DNA of 64,000 bases from Azolla caroliniana (taxonomy: Eukaryota; Plantae; Polypodiophyta), in contig JBHGNT010000004.1 in the NCBI GenBank assembly GCA_043228905.1, forward strand, positions 22,320,001 through 22,384,000, in the 5' to 3' direction. Below are positions 27,201 to 41,481 of this stretch, in pieces; the stretch's first letter is position 1, and each line of letters starts with the position of its first letter. Under the pieces are notes generated by a model. The model did not search any database and was not told the origin of the DNA. It worked only from the letters and a program-made list of their open reading frames with translations. Both the position numbers and the translations under genes were made by a program.

Positions 27201-27469
27201 CATTTCCTCTCTTAAGTAGTTATCCTAACCAAGAAGCTACGTAAGAAGGCATTCCAAAAATATCATCCGAGCCCCAGAACAATCAACATGTTTATGATCA
27301 TTTGTAGATACTGCAACAAACCATACCATATTGAACATGATTGTGAAGAGAAAAAATATGATCAAAAGGGAGTAGGTAGAAGACTTCCTCCACAATCAAA
27401 CATTGCTTCATTATGATCAAATAGTAGAGACTATGAAGATGGTGACAACAATTTCATACAAGCATTTAA

Positions 27470-27800
27470 TATGTGTGTGATAGAAGAAACACAAATAAAA
27501 GACAAAAGTAGATCAAAACAAATAGAAGCTTACATCACAATAGCAAAATTGATGAATTCTAAAAATCTTTGGTTCTTTGACACTATTGCATTGAACCATC
27601 TTACTCACAACAAGAATTTGCTCCATAATTATAAAAGTTTTCCACAAGGCCTACAAGTTTGGTTTGGCAACAATGGTACAAAAGTTGCAATTGGAAAAGA
27701 AGAATTGCACATGTCCATCAATCAAAGAAGGTTCCAAATGTCCAATATGTTCTAGGTATAACAAAAAATTTACTGTTAGTAAGCGAAACAACTACCAATG
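27470..27800 (+). mobile_element. Ty1/copia protease-region fragment
   Basis: LWFFDTIALNHLTHNKNLLHNY...VWFGNNGTKVAIGK resembles the copia PR pattern WxxDSGAsxHxT...GNG. Confidence 0.65.
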
Positions 27801-28466
27801 GAACTATCATATATACCAATTAAAAAAAAACGAAGGGAAGATTTGTTTCTATTCAAGATTATGGAGAGAAGAGTAGATTCAAACCTCATATTTAGCAAAA
27901 GATCCGGGTTGTATTGGAATGGTTTTATAATATCGCTTCCCTATACATATAGGCCACCACCTAGTACCCTTAGCTCTGTTGCCACCTAGCCTTGATCCAT
28001 GTTCATATGTTATCCATAAGGTTACGAATTGCAATGCATGCAATGGTAGCATGTAACGTATGGAAGTCTATGGCATGTTGCATCAAGTTGTCCGTGGGTT
28101 TAGCGTCTCCAAAGTGTTGGATTGGTCATGTAAAGCCATCTCTCTTCCTATAAAATAAGCAATAATTATACAAGTTGCAATTTGCATGGATTGGGGACCT
28201 AGTTTATCGAGATGGAGCTTTTTGTACAAAGATTTTTGGGAGTGATCAAGATGCTTTCGAATTACACACAGTTCCTTATAAGTTCGATCACTGGGTGTAT
28301 AACTTAACAAATCCACAAGCCTTAGTGGAAGTAGCACGATATACAAGGGGCAAGTAAGGGGAGGGGGGTAAGCTTGAGTTTCCATGATAAAAAGGGGTTG
28401 GGAGGGGTCGTGGAGATGCATGATAGATCATCATCATCATCATGGCCGCTTGATAATGTTTTTCAA

Positions 28467-28644
28467 GTGTGTGTGTGTGTGCTTTATTATATATATATAT
28501 GTATGTATAATGTTATATTATTAAGTGTTGTTTTGAGAGGAAGGTGAAGAGTCTCGAGGAGGGGGGATGAGGGCCGTTGGATGAAGATGGAAATGAACGG
28601 CGTGGATTTTGTATGATCAAGGCCAGGCCAGGCAGGAGCGCGCT

Positions 28645-28678
<34 letters not shown>

Positions 28679-28703
28679 ACAGAGACCCCACCAACACACA
28701 CAC

Positions 28704-28737
<34 letters not shown>

Positions 28738-29030
28738 AAGAAAGGTGTATTAGTGTGTGTGTGTGTCACTATCTCCAATGATTCTCTCTCCTCCTCCTCC
28801 TCTTCTTCTTCTTCTTCTTCTTCTTCTGCTCTCTCTCTCTCTCTCCTGCAGTGCTTCCACAAATCCCAAAGCTCCTTCTTCTTAAAACCAGACGAGATGC
28901 AGCTTATTATTATTATTATTATTATTAGCAGCCTTTTTAACCTTAAAAAGAACTCATTTTGTTAGTGAGCTCCGCCGATCGATGTTGATGCTCCTTCTTC
29001 TTCTTCTTCTTCTTCTTTAGTTAGAAGAAG
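28467..29030. repeat. Dense SSR cluster ((GT)n, (TA)n, (CA)n, (GA)n, (TCT)n, (TAT)n) upstream of and in the 5' region of the MYB gene
   Basis: Directly visible tracts. Confidence 0.9.
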
Positions 29031-29308
29031 AGAATGAATAATAAATAGAGCAGAAGAGGAGAGAAGCTGCTAAAACTAACCACAACTAGTATGTATAAAA
29101 AAACACCTTCACCATCAACCATATTTAATCCTTCCTTACCTTCTTCTTCTCCTCTCTTCTTTCCTCAGTAAGTAGTATTTTGCCATTTCATTCAATTCAA
29201 ATTTTCAATTTTCAATTCAATTCATTTGGCAGGAGTCTCCAATTCAACCCGTCCTTCCTGCTGTTTAAATTCTAAGTCCATAGTTAAGTCTGTTCCGCCA
29301 CAATCAGA

Positions 29309-29546
29309 ATGTGCAGCAGAGTCCCCAGGAGCAGCCGTGAGAAGCTTGACACAGTTACTGCAGAAGAAGAAGAAGAAGAAGAAGCAGAAGAAGAAGAAGC
29401 AGAAGGAGAAGATCCATTACCATTAGCTGATCAGGCGGAGGAGGAGGAGGAGGAGGATGCAGAGGTCACGCCATCTCCAACAGGACCGGTAAAGCTCCTG
29501 AATCTTCTTCTTCTTCCATAAATCACAATGATCTCTCTCTCTCTCA

Positions 29547-29577
<31 letters not shown>

Positions 29578-32500
29578 GGAAATGATCAATTATGCAACAC
29601 ACACACGGAAATGATCAGTTTTTGCATAGAAAATTCCCCCATCATCCTTGCTCAATTACATACAGAAACGGATTCTGATTCCGCAGACAATCATCGGAAA
29701 TACAGACTCGTAACACCAATTATAAGATGCTTATATATAATAGATCTACATTCAAAAATAAACATTCGATCATCACCCCATATGGATACATATACTGTAT
29801 ACACATACATACAGAGAGAGACAGAGAGAGCGATAGAGAGAGAGAGGATTTGGGTGTATAATACGATCTTTATGACAGATAGAACGATGATATAGATCTA
29901 TGTATTCTTAACAGAGAGAGCGCAACAAAAAATCCATCTCTCTGATGTCTCTGATCTCTCTCTCTCTCTCTTTCTCTGTGTCAATTCATTCCTGATCATG
30001 CTGCTTGCCGCCTTGCCTACCTACAGTTTCATGGTTTCATGGTTTTTTTAACTGAGACCCAGATTGTTTTCCTTGGCAGTTATCTCCGTCTGCAGCCCTA
30101 AATTTCTTATGGTGCAGTACGCAAAGCACACCACCGCCAAACAGAAACAGAGGCACTACTGCAGCTTGCGCAGCTTCTACTTCTACTTCTACTTCTACTT
30201 CTACTACTACTACTACTACTACTACTACTATTAATCGCAATAATAGTGTTGCAGGATTGAGCTATCCAGCAGGAATCCTGAATATGGCTCCGCAATTGGG
30301 GGTTCCTTTGAAGGACGATCGAACCCTGCATATTCCTCCTCCTCCTCCTCCTGTAGCTCCTGCTGCTGCTCTTCTTCCTCCTGCGCCACATTATGAGCCT
30401 CTGCGGAGCTCCATAGCTGCAGTTCTCCGTGACGATCCTGGAATTCTACCAGCTGCTGCATCGATCAGAATTGATATTACGGCTAATACTAGTGAAAGTG
30501 ATCATCACAACCGAATTGCCAGCAGCAACAGCCATGTATCTGTGCTGCAGAATCAGCAATGGACGCTCAAAGGACCCAGAAGAGGGGCCAGATCCTGCTG
30601 GGCTGGACCGGCGCAGGCCGCTCAGGATCAGCCACTATATGGCTGCATCCGGCAGGATGATCGTGAGATGAAGAATCTGTCACAGAATCCTGAGCAGATG
30701 ATGAGTTTGCCTCGGCCATCATCGCTCATGATTCAAGCGGCTACTACTGCCAACGATCACGAAGGCCTGCAATGTCAGCAAAGTGCCCATCAGGAGCTCC
30801 AGAAGCAGCTTGAGCTCGCTAGAGATGCTAACCTACCAACTGCCGCCACCGGCAGTCAGGCCATCGTAGAATTAGTGAGCCCCGGTACCATACCAGAAGC
30901 TGTCGTGATAGCAGCAGACAGGAAAGACAGCTTCAAATTATCCCACCAAACCCTAACTTCTGTACAATTGGACGAGACGATGGTGCAGAGAAACGAGCAA
31001 GGAGAGGGTGCCGATGATCGTCAGTTGAGGATGCACCCGAATTGGGAGATTGTATTCAACAGTAATACGCCGCCGCCACAGAGACCTTCGAGACAGCAGC
31101 GGCTATGGCGTCCACAGACAAGCTGCCTTGCCGACACGGCAAGCAGCTGCAGCCTTGCAGCAGGAGCGGTGTACAACAGCAGAAGCATTAGCCATGAATC
31201 CTGGATGAAGCCATCGGCGCTGCAGATGGATTGCAGTTACAGGAATGGGAATCATCACAGAGACGATGAAGAAGCAGGCTTGATGAGCTTAATAAAGGAG
31301 CAGTACTCGATCTGCAATTGGGGGGGAGTTAAATCATGCGGCGGACGGGCGGAGCGGGAGATGCAGGTGCTGGACCTGCAGCTGGAAGAGAATGAGCGCC
31401 ACAGGCGGCAGGAGAAGGAGCTGGGGGCGGACACAGCAGCTTCCATAGCCGCTGGGCACAGCAGCGATCATCATCATCATCATCACGCCATAGCCAGGCC
31501 GGGGCAGGAGCTCCTGATCGGAGGGGAAGAGGGACAGGATCTTGGATTAACACTGGCCTTGACGAATCATGCAGGCGGTGGTAGGCTAGGGCTGTTGGTG
31601 CAGGAGGATCGCCACCATGGCGGCGGCGGCGATCACGACATGTTGGTGAGCAATTACGTGCAGGGGTTCATGGAAAGATGCATGAATGAGGAGGAGGAGG
31701 AGCAGGAGGTGCGCCGCCATCTGCAGTACCAGCTCATGAGCAGCGACAGCAGGGTCAGGAACAACAAGCTTATCCTCCACAGCTTCTCAGCCGGTGGCGG
31801 CGGGGTCGGCGGAGCCGCCATGGCGTCCACCAAGAAGCTCTCCATCGCTAGCCATCTGAGCGCTGCAGGATTTAACAACAAGAAGCCCACCATCAAAGGG
31901 CAGTGGACACCTGAAGAAGACAGGTAAATCGGCTGCAGCGTTCATCTACACACATGTAGCGATCATCTTGGCAGCCACATAGATCCATGTCTATCTGTGT
32001 CTAGATTCTGGATCATTTCACAAATCTACGGGCTAAAAATTTTGTTTGTCTGCAGGAAGCTGAGTGAGCTGGTGGAGAAGTATGGGCACCAGCATTGGTC
32101 TAGAATCGCCCATCACCTGCATGGCCGCAAAGGGAAGCAATGCCGGGAGCGCTACCAGAACCATCTCCGCCCTGACATTAAGGTCCCCCTCTCCATCTCT
32201 GTCTCTGTCTCTGTCTATGTCTGCAATGTAATAGACATTACAGCACAAGGGGAAGGTCATATCCACCCACAGATCATATCCATGGTATTGTTATACAAAC
32301 AGTCCTGCAGATCATCCCATCCATTACAGATCGTGATCTAAGCTCTCTCACTGTTTTGGCTTTGAATCTGCTCTGCATGGTTCCCATTATATGACTCTCT
32401 CACATGGCTGTCATAATGATGATCGATGATGATGATTTGTGATTACGATTGATCATGATTGATTGAAGAAGATGATCGATCATTGATCATCATTGATTGA

Positions 32501-34098
32501 TCATGATTGATTGTTCAAGATGTTTAAAGATGATGATCGATCATTGATCATCATTGATGGATCAAGATTGATTGATGAAGATGATTGATGATGATGATAG
32601 ATCATTGATCATCATTGATTGATCAAGATGATTGATTGATGATGATTGATTGAACATGGCGATGACGATGATGTGGCTGTGCAGTACAGATTTTACTGCC
32701 CCCCAAATCATAGGTGTGTGTTAGTAACTAATACGCACACATGAAAAATACTGGTGTTTTGTTTGGGTGCAGAGGGATGACTGGACGAGAGAGGAGGAGC
32801 AGGAGATGGTGCGTCTGCACGCGCAGTACGGCAACAAGTGGGCGGAGATTGCCAAGTTCCTGCCGGGCCGGACGGACAATGCGATCAAGAACCACTGGAA
32901 CGCCACCCTACGGCGGCAGGACAACGGCAAGAAGCACAAGCGCCTGGATGGAGCCTCCACAATCCTCCGAGACTACCAGCAATCCCTCTTCTCCTCCTCC
33001 ACTCCCCATTGCAAGACCACCACTGCCGCCATCTCCTCCTCCTCCACTACTACCGCTAAACTTGGCGGCACTACTACTTCCACCGACAATCCCGCGGCCG
33101 CCCTCGTGCCTTCTAGGGCCCCCCCTAAAGGCTTGTCTACTTCAGCCATTCCTCCGCTCCTCCGCCCCATGGATCCTCCTCCATTGCTTCAAATGAATAT
33201 GTCTTCGGCCGCCTGCGCCAAGCACGAGGAAGGACCACTAGCTTCTTCATACAGTAGCCTAATCTTCCAGCTCCACCATCAGCAGTCGACGGTACCTCCA
33301 ACACCATATAACCCTAGTTTAGTCAACAGTGGCCATATGATCAACAACCCTTCCGACTCATGGCCTGATCATGGTCTCATGTTTAGCCCTAACCCTAATG
33401 TGCCAGCTGACAGACTACTACCGCAGCTCCTCTGGGAGAAAATCAGCCACGGAATTAGGCAACACAACACGATTGACGGCAGCAGCGGCGGAGGTACAGT
33501 TCCATGGCCTACTCTCTTTTCGGGCGCCCGAAATCATCCCCACTTATATAGCAGCAATAGCAATTTGATGAGCAAATTCTCCACTGCCAAGTTCAGCACG
33601 GATTCAACTCATTCGACTGATCGGGAGCGTATCGATCTGATCGAGGAGACTATGGCAATGAAGTCGGAACCCGTAGATCGTCACGAATGGCCGGATACTA
33701 CGAGAGGAGGTGGATCTTCGTCGTCGTCATCGTCATCATCATCGCCAGCATCCTTCTTCTTCTTCGACGAGATCATCCCGAGACTGTCATCCGAGAGCAA
33801 CAGCGGAAACAATCGTTGTGATAACATGGGGGCAGCCTCGACGATTTTGTGGCATGGTGGTGGTGGTGAGTTGAGCAGCATCATAAACCCTAACCCTAAT
33901 GCTAGGAGCAGAGCAAGGGATAAGTACAATGTGGATGTGGACATGGTGGATAATATGGATAATCAAGGGAAGGATGCTGAGGAGGGCTGCATTGGCATGG
34001 TGAGCAGCAGGGACAGCTGTCGCGTTGACTTTGAGGTCAAGGTCAAAGACATGGATCTTATAGAGATGGTAAGTCAACCCCAATATTTCTCCAAATAA
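29309..34098 (+). CDS. R2R3-MYB transcription factor, MYB98/MYB119/MYB64 (subgroup 25)-like, ~1158 aa if exon 1 is real
   Basis: Proposed exons 29309-29488, 30080-31923, 32056-32182 and 32773-34098, all GT-AG and frame-consistent. R2 [11 protein letters not shown]|KL...[21 protein letters not shown]3 RDDWTREEE...[29 protein letters not shown], and C-terminal DMDLIEMVS typical of this clade. The first exon is less certain (alternative ATG at 30284). Confidence 0.85.
32417..32672. repeat. GAT/TGAT low-complexity repeat in MYB intron
   Basis: Reiterated GATCATTGAT/GATGAT motifs. Confidence 0.85.
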
Positions 34099-37000
34099 AA
34101 CTACCTATACCTAAATTTAGGGGTTTGACTTACACACACCCACACAAAACCCTCTTCAATAAACACACATACACACAATCCCTACATGAACTGGCTACTA
34201 GCATTAGGGTTAGGGCCAGCTTCTTAATAGAATTCTTACACCCTCTTCCTTGCTCACCATAGCTGCTTTGAATCAGATTCATCATTTACATGTCACAACC
34301 ATGCCATCATTTGCTTACACTACTACCATTTTTAATCTTTGTTGAATACTCTATTCTCCTCTCTCGTGGTGGCCATATCTTCCCACGGGATTCTCGCTCG
34401 CTCCTTGGGACTTGCCCTCCAAAAACCCCATCAACTTGATACCACTACTTATACTACCCTAATTACGCTTTGGCTAATTGTTTTACAATATCTAATGATC
34501 CTATGTATGCATACATAATGCAAAGGAGATTATCACTCCTTGAGCCATTCTCCCAAAAACCTCTAATTGACTCCTGTGGTAGCCCTAACGCTTGTCGATT
34601 TGTTTTTATAATATGGGCATCCATACCACGAAGCTTGCTTGTGCTTTTATAGCACTCCTCTTCTAGAGAATCAGCTTCTCACAAGGAAAGTACATTTTGC
34701 TACCCTAGATATATATATATCACTTGAAGGAACTAACAGTGTGATGTCATCCTTACTATCCACATGACTATATATATATGACCATACTATTTTTTGAAGG
34801 AGATGTTATGTCTACTGATTTTATACATTCTCAAATTTATTGTAACACAAGAGATTGGCCTTGTACTAAGTAATGACTAATATATTGTTTTTCTAAGGAA
34901 CAAGATGTTTTATTGTCTACTAGGCTATGACATGTATGCATTTTCATGTATTGTAACCACAAGAGCTTGGTGTGCTAACTTGGTATGGACAAATTACATT
35001 CCACATCTATCCATGAATAATGGATTACAACAATAAACATTACAGTCACACACTATGAATTTGATTGGAATTCCAATAGTATGAAGAGTATGTGTTTTAG
35101 GGCCCTAGTACTTACAATGAATGTCTTAGAGGCCTAATCATAGGTAAATTAGTTAGTCCACAAATGCGCAATGTATGTATTGATGAAGTATTTTTGTTTG
35201 AATGTTCGAATGTGCTCTCACTAAGATATTCTTCCAGGCATATTGCTTCCTCTTGAATAGGATGTAGTGATACACCTTGTGCACGATACGTCTAAAACAC
35301 TCTCAACAAACCTCATGGGACCCCCATTCAATACTCAAAGCAAGACCCCGTCATAATCAAACTAGACTATAATCTTATTATCATTGATGACAATTTGAAA
35401 CACTAATTTTGATTGGTTACATATCCCAAATAATGCTCCAATTTAAGCAATATAATCACATTTAGATGGAATGCAAATTAAGATCACTATGAAGTTTAAA
35501 AATAGATTTTAATCAAGCACCCAAAATTTTCCCTTTACTAAAGTGTCATAAGTTTTGCCACTCCAACTGTTGCCAAAATTTCATGCTCTGTGAAAAATGC
35601 TAATATCTTTGGCAATATGTATCATAAACAGGTTGATACCTTTTTAACGCCCATAGTAGACCGATTGCAATCTATGAGTTAGGGTGTAGCTCATGATGAA
35701 GATCATGTGACAGTGACATGTCGAAAATGAAATTGTACACATCTATTAACATGATTATCTATTTTGATTTTGTGAAACATATTGGTCAAATATTTTGATG
35801 ACTTATCCATATCGGTAAATTGTTTCATTGTTATGTGAAGCATGATTTTGCAAGAAACGTATTTTTCTAGTTATTTGTGTAATCCATAGAGCTTAATAGG
35901 TTATACTAGAAGAGCATGCAATGAATGAATTATATGTTGGAGGGTTTGATTTAAAACTATGCATATACCAAAATGCTAGTGCAAGATCATGAGGATGTAA
36001 ATCATGTGCACAATGAACCCCTATCAAAGGAGCTATTGGCCACAACAAAAGTAGAAGACAATTGGATTAGATTTATAATGTGTCGAATCTTATAGCACTC
36101 TTGTTGTCATAAAGGTTTCCAACAACATCCAAGTGAAATGAAGATGAGCATTAAATCCGAATTTGTGTGAAAGTTTGAAAAAAACTTCACTCAATAATTG
36201 TTGGCTTTGCCTTTCGTCTTCAACCTATTGGTATTCAGGTTATATGCATACGTGAGGTCCTCCTCCTCTTTGCCTTTTCCTTCATTGGCACGAATCTATT
36301 GGCCATGGCTATTTGGCATTGTCATGGGGTTATTGGTCGTCATTTGTTAATTGGCACTATGAACCCTTGGTCTTAGCCATTTGGCCATCTTACCCACATT
36401 GTCCTCAATCTAATGTGGGGGAGTCCAATGCAGAACATGATCCAGTTTCCTCCCATCCCTATGTAATGCATTACTCATATACAAACTCAGGTATTGTGTT
36501 TCACCCTAGTATTCCTACAATACATCCATGTGTATATCTCGAAGTCTTTAGACGAGAGCGATACAACTGAGTCATGGCCTTTGATATCATCATACTTCGT
36601 TAATCACATATTAATTAGTTTCAACTGTAATGAACGCAAGAACGCAGGGAATGGTGAACACAATTCTGTTGAATAAGAATCTGTTAGTATATTACAATCA
36701 GAAACATATTACAACTTTCACATATTCCACATGTTTAGAAATAGCTTCACAAAACTTTAAGATATCGGTGAACATCCGCATCTAACTCATATTGGTTCGT
36801 ATCCTACTTAATGATGTTCAAATCTGCCTACCGACATCCTCTATATAGTATACTTACACAGTTCATCCATTCGCACTATTCAATCATTCGATAAGTGGAT
36901 TCAGTGACACCTTGGCAATGTACTAGTATAAATGGATAAAGTATACTATTAAAGGCAACAAAAATGCCAAGAAATGGCTTATAAATGGATAGCAAGGGTA

Positions 37001-37930
37001 ATATTCACCTGCGAAACCTTCATGATAAAGATATATTATTGAGTAGGCAAATGCAAACTATGTCAACAAAAAATCAATTATTTGTAAGCTATATGAAGAC
37101 TTGTTCAATCTTACATAAATGACTCCAAAAATCAAGGAATGAAACAATCATGTTAGCATGCCTTCACATATGAATTAGAAACACACATACATTGACAATT
37201 ATTATACATCTGGACTTATTTGGAACCTAAGCATGCTGAAGAAAAACATTACACATGGAATAGTGTGGATCAGCATGCGTGGATCCAATGATTTCTGAAG
37301 TTCTCTTTATGTATTGATATGCTTCCAATGGCATCAGCGGACACACGCATGCCCTATTTTTTTAATGTTCTTAATATGTTGTGTTCTAAACCTTCTTTAT
37401 GTGTTTTCAAAGCTAATATCATGCACTCGTAAATAAAATATGTGCAATACATAGACTGTCCATGTTCATGCATTGTTAGCAAACTAGAGCTCACATTCAT
37501 GTTAACAACAAACAACAAAACTATAATATTTTCATCTTGAATTTTAGGCAGAAAACATCACATTAGAAAATAGCTTGAAAAGGCAAATCTTATATCCTGA
37601 AGAGAAGAAGTGGAATGCATACATCCTCATAAAATATACTTATCAGTTGGTAATCTGTGTCAGATTATGGTGATGTAAAATATATTTTTCCTTGAATATG
37701 GATTACCATTGTACTTAAACGTGACGCTAAATGGCTTATGATATAGGACCTCAGCAAAATATACAAGTGAGAAGACTGCAAAGCAGCAGCAGGCAGCTTA
37801 GCTAGCTTGACATACTCAACTCTCATTTATTATCATCTTGTCCATGGCACCCATTGCACTTGGTTTAAAGATGTGAAACAAAGAAGTCAGGGTGGGATGG
37901 CAATGTTTTGAGATTACTTGTCCAAGCAGT

Positions 37931-40900
37931 TCACGGCAGAAGCCTACTTACATGACGATCCAAGTGGTCTACTGTTTGTCGTAATATTTTTCTGAATAGA
38001 AGCAGTGAAGAAGACCCATTGCACATGATGGAAATTTCTACAGGTAAAACATCACTGAATGAGCAAGCGAAAAAGGATACAATTGGGTAGCTACATTGGT
38101 CATTCCTTTCATCTCTTCATTTAGTCTGCATAGCAAAATTAGAAGCTGTCCTGAGAAAATGATTTCTCACGAAATTGCCTCAACATAGAAGAACAGCATA
38201 TTATACCTTAAACATGCATTAACGAACCTGTTGCCCTTCATAGCAGCATCTAAAGCTAAAATACAGATCAAACCAATCATTTAGGCCTCCTCTTCCACAA
38301 TGCTCAAGCTTTTTAATGATTTGATAACATCAACCAAAGTCATTATGTTCATCAGTATGCCAATAAAGATATTACACAAAATCACCAATTCTTCAAAATC
38401 CACCATTTGCAACCCAACATATCTTATGCCAAAATGAAAGAAGCCTGACAAACACCAAAATCCACCATTTGTATCTGATCGTAAATTATTACGCAAAATC
38501 ATCAATTATTCAAAATCCATCATGTGCAACATAACATACCTTATGCTTAAGAAACTATGGCAGAACGAAAAACACTCAACTGACCTCCAGGAAAGGTTTA
38601 AATGACCTATGAGACCAGAGCATTTTTACAAATGTATAAAACAGAAAATATGACAGCTAGTCTATAAACAGATTCAAGGTTTAACTTGAGGTTTGTCTTC
38701 AGTATTTCCCTAACTGGATATTCCAGATCTGGAGTTATGGTTCCGTTTGGCTCGTTTGGCTTGTATCTTGTTCCCTTGAAAGTGTTTCTCAAGAATTTCT
38801 CCTAAAGACTAAATCCAATCGTAATCTGGTGATTTGGTGAGGTCTGCAAACCTTGAGTAGGCACATGGAAAGTAGCACATTGCCACATATGACTCTAATT
38901 CTAATACACATACAACCTACATCTACATCCTTATGCACCACAGATTCTGGCGCAGAGCTCCGCTATATGGGTAGTTGAGAAAGGAATATTGACTGCTATT
39001 TACATTCATGTACATTACAGTGTGTATTGTGAGTACAATAATGTTTCTCAAAATATATGTGCTGTTAAAGATATCTTCAAAATATCCAGCATCTATCCTG
39101 AGGGAGCCATTGCAATCCATATAGTCATGTGTAGAGTTTCATGGGTCATACATCATTCATTATGTGGGTTACCTCTGTTATCTATAGACAGTACATTTTC
39201 CCACCTTTCCTTGCATCAAGCATTCCTGCATGTTTTCATTCCGATGTGCTGCTACTTGAGATAGCATGAGATTTTCATCTACCTTGTCACTTCTGAGAAT
39301 TATTTCCTTGGATATGTAAGTTTTTTCTTCTCCATGTCTCATGAGACAAAAGATTAAAGCCCTAGATCTAAGGTCATCTATTCCAACCCTCCATGAAGCA
39401 ATTGGGAAATCTGACGCATTAATCCTTGTCCAAAGTTCCTGACATCTTGTGTACATTTTCCAGCCCACTAACTTGACTGTGCAGTGCAGAAGCTTTGATT
39501 TTGGCTTCTTCTTCCAATGTTGCATTCATCACATCTACCTTATATATGGGTACGCCCTTTTTTGTTTCCTAACTACCTTTGGACAAGGTGCAGAACTCTC
39601 CATGAGAAATAGAGATATCCAATGCAACAATCCTTGCTGCACTTATTTCCTCAACTAAAAAGTACATGAGTGCATCAACTCAAAAGTACCTGAGGAAAAT
39701 CCCAAGGGATTCATCATTAGAGATGCTTTAAAGTCTAATTACACAGTTACCTTTAAGATTTTCCATCGACTCTAGAAGAATCCATTGAAGCCAGACACCT
39801 CCATTGAGTCTAGGACTCTCCCATGAGTCTAGACTTTCCCAAAGTCCAGAATTCTCTTACGAGTTCAGAACTTCCACCCTGAGTCTAGAATCTTCCAAAG
39901 AGTCTAGGAATCTCTATCGAAATTAAGCATTTCATTCAAGTCTAGAATTATTCTCATTGAACTTCAAAACACTGAAACGAGTTGAGACCTTGCAAACAAG
40001 TTCAAAATCTCTACTGAGGCGAAACACTTTCATTCAAGTCTAGAAGACGCATTTGAATCATGACACTCACATCGACAATATTAAACAAGGGAAAGACACC
40101 AGAAAACCAAATCATGTCAAGAAACTGACTCAGTCTCACAAGACCCTAGATAAGCAAAGATTGTATCTTGTTTCACAGGTATCCACGCTGCTTATGACCA
40201 TGTACAATGGTTTAGGAAATCAAAATGGCCTACAAACCAATCTCGGTTGGGGTGAGACTGTCCCCCCTCTGAGCTTACCTTATAGGATAAAGCCAGGGTC
40301 TTGTTTAGAACGCTTCTATATGAAGTTTGGAATGACTTTCTTGAAGTAATGGAAGATTTTTTTTAACCAACATCGTGGGAAGATGGACAAAATCGAATCC
40401 AGACCAACTCTTGTCCCTCAAAGAGAAAGCCAGCAAGACGGTCTGGGATTTCATTCGCAAGACTGAGAATTTGGTCCTGATTTTAAATGAGATTAGAAAC
40501 CATAGAATTCTTATACATCATGAGCGCCTCCCACTCTTAGATGATATGATAGTGCACTCTAAGAAAGACCAAGAGCATTGGGACCATTTGGCTGTGATTT
40601 CAAATGAGTTCCGTAAACATAGATTGCTTACACATCATGAGCAAGTCCAGTTCGTAGATGATACGATAGTGTGCTCCGGGAATGAACAAAAGATCACAAA
40701 GTTGATTTGACTGTGATTTTAAATGAGCTCCATCAGCAAAGATTGCCCATAAACCGTAGCATTATAACCTCGAAGATAGATTTCTTAAAGACTTCATGTC
40801 CTTTTAATCCACAAAAGGATACATGAAGACATCACAGATACAAACAAAAGCACAGAAACACGCACCAGCCTCTTGCACACGACCGGCACCTTCGTTGTAA

Positions 40901-41197
40901 ATCTGCAAATGTTGGACGGAGCTTGTAGTGACCTAGAAGAAGAAATTCTGGATTGTTGAGAGAAGGCCTCCCCCCCTTCTGTTAGAATTGGAAGGAAGAA
41001 AAGGATTGAAGGATTGAGACCTTGGACAAGGCAGATTCGAGGGAGCCGAGGAGTGCAGAGAGGGAGTTGGAGAGAGCGCAGGCGTCCTTCTCCACCGATT
41101 CAAGGGTTCGTAGAGCCATCACCACTTCCACGTCCATCTCCCACAACACCCCACCACCGCCAGAGGATCGTTCGCTGCCTTGCTCCCCTGCCTCCAT
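37931..41197 (-). CDS. BORCS6-like (BLOC-1-related complex subunit 6 C-terminal helix domain) protein, ~132 aa
   Basis: Exons (-) 41197-41021, 40932-40866, 38255-38207, 38125-38081 and 37991-37931 are all GT-AG and in frame: MEAGEQ...LESVEKDACALSNSLSALLGSLESALSK|VTTSSVQHLQIYNEGAGRVQEA|ALDAAMKGNRFVNACLR|LNEEMKGMTNVATQL|KILRQTVDHLDRHVSRLLP*. The family name is from memory of the conserved plant protein. Confidence 0.8.
40375..40760 (+). mobile_element. Gypsy RT-derived fragment with a tandemly repeated DD-motif/helix module, inside intron 2 of the BORCS6-like gene
   Basis: LLDDMIVHSKKDQEHWDHLAVISNEFRKHRL and FVDDTIVCSGNEQK. GATTT(T/C)AAATGAG recurs at ~40479, ~40596 and ~40715. Confidence 0.6.
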
Positions 41198-41272
41198 CTT
41201 CTCCTCCCGCTGCTGCTTCTGTGTATCCGTCTGTCTTTGTATTATGTCTGTATGCGTATGCGTATGCGTATG

Positions 41273-41481
41273 CATAGTATGAACCATACGTACCATACGT
41301 TCATTCGAGTATGGTAAACACCCTCGCAGAATGGTAAATACCATACTTTTGGATTAAAAATATTTATTATGTGGTAAATAAACCTAAAAAAGGGGAAAAA
41401 AACAAAAAATAAAACCTTAAAGGGGAAAAAAGCAAAAGAAAAAAACACAAGAATGTTTGAACACGAATTTTACGTACTATG
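41273..41481. mobile_element. Short member of the CATAG-ended MITE family
   Basis: Ends CATAGTATGAACCATACG...TTTTACGTACTATG. Termini are homologous to 17575-18560 in reverse orientation. No TSD seen. Confidence 0.65.

Noticed and set aside
28487-29426. Short ORFs with poly-CV, poly-S, poly-K or poly-E (and MYVC-type ORFs at 2075, 3000 and 17400)
   Set aside because: These are translations of microsatellites.
36626-36860. Possible small solo LTR (TG...CA)
   Set aside because: No TSD and no second copy in the window.
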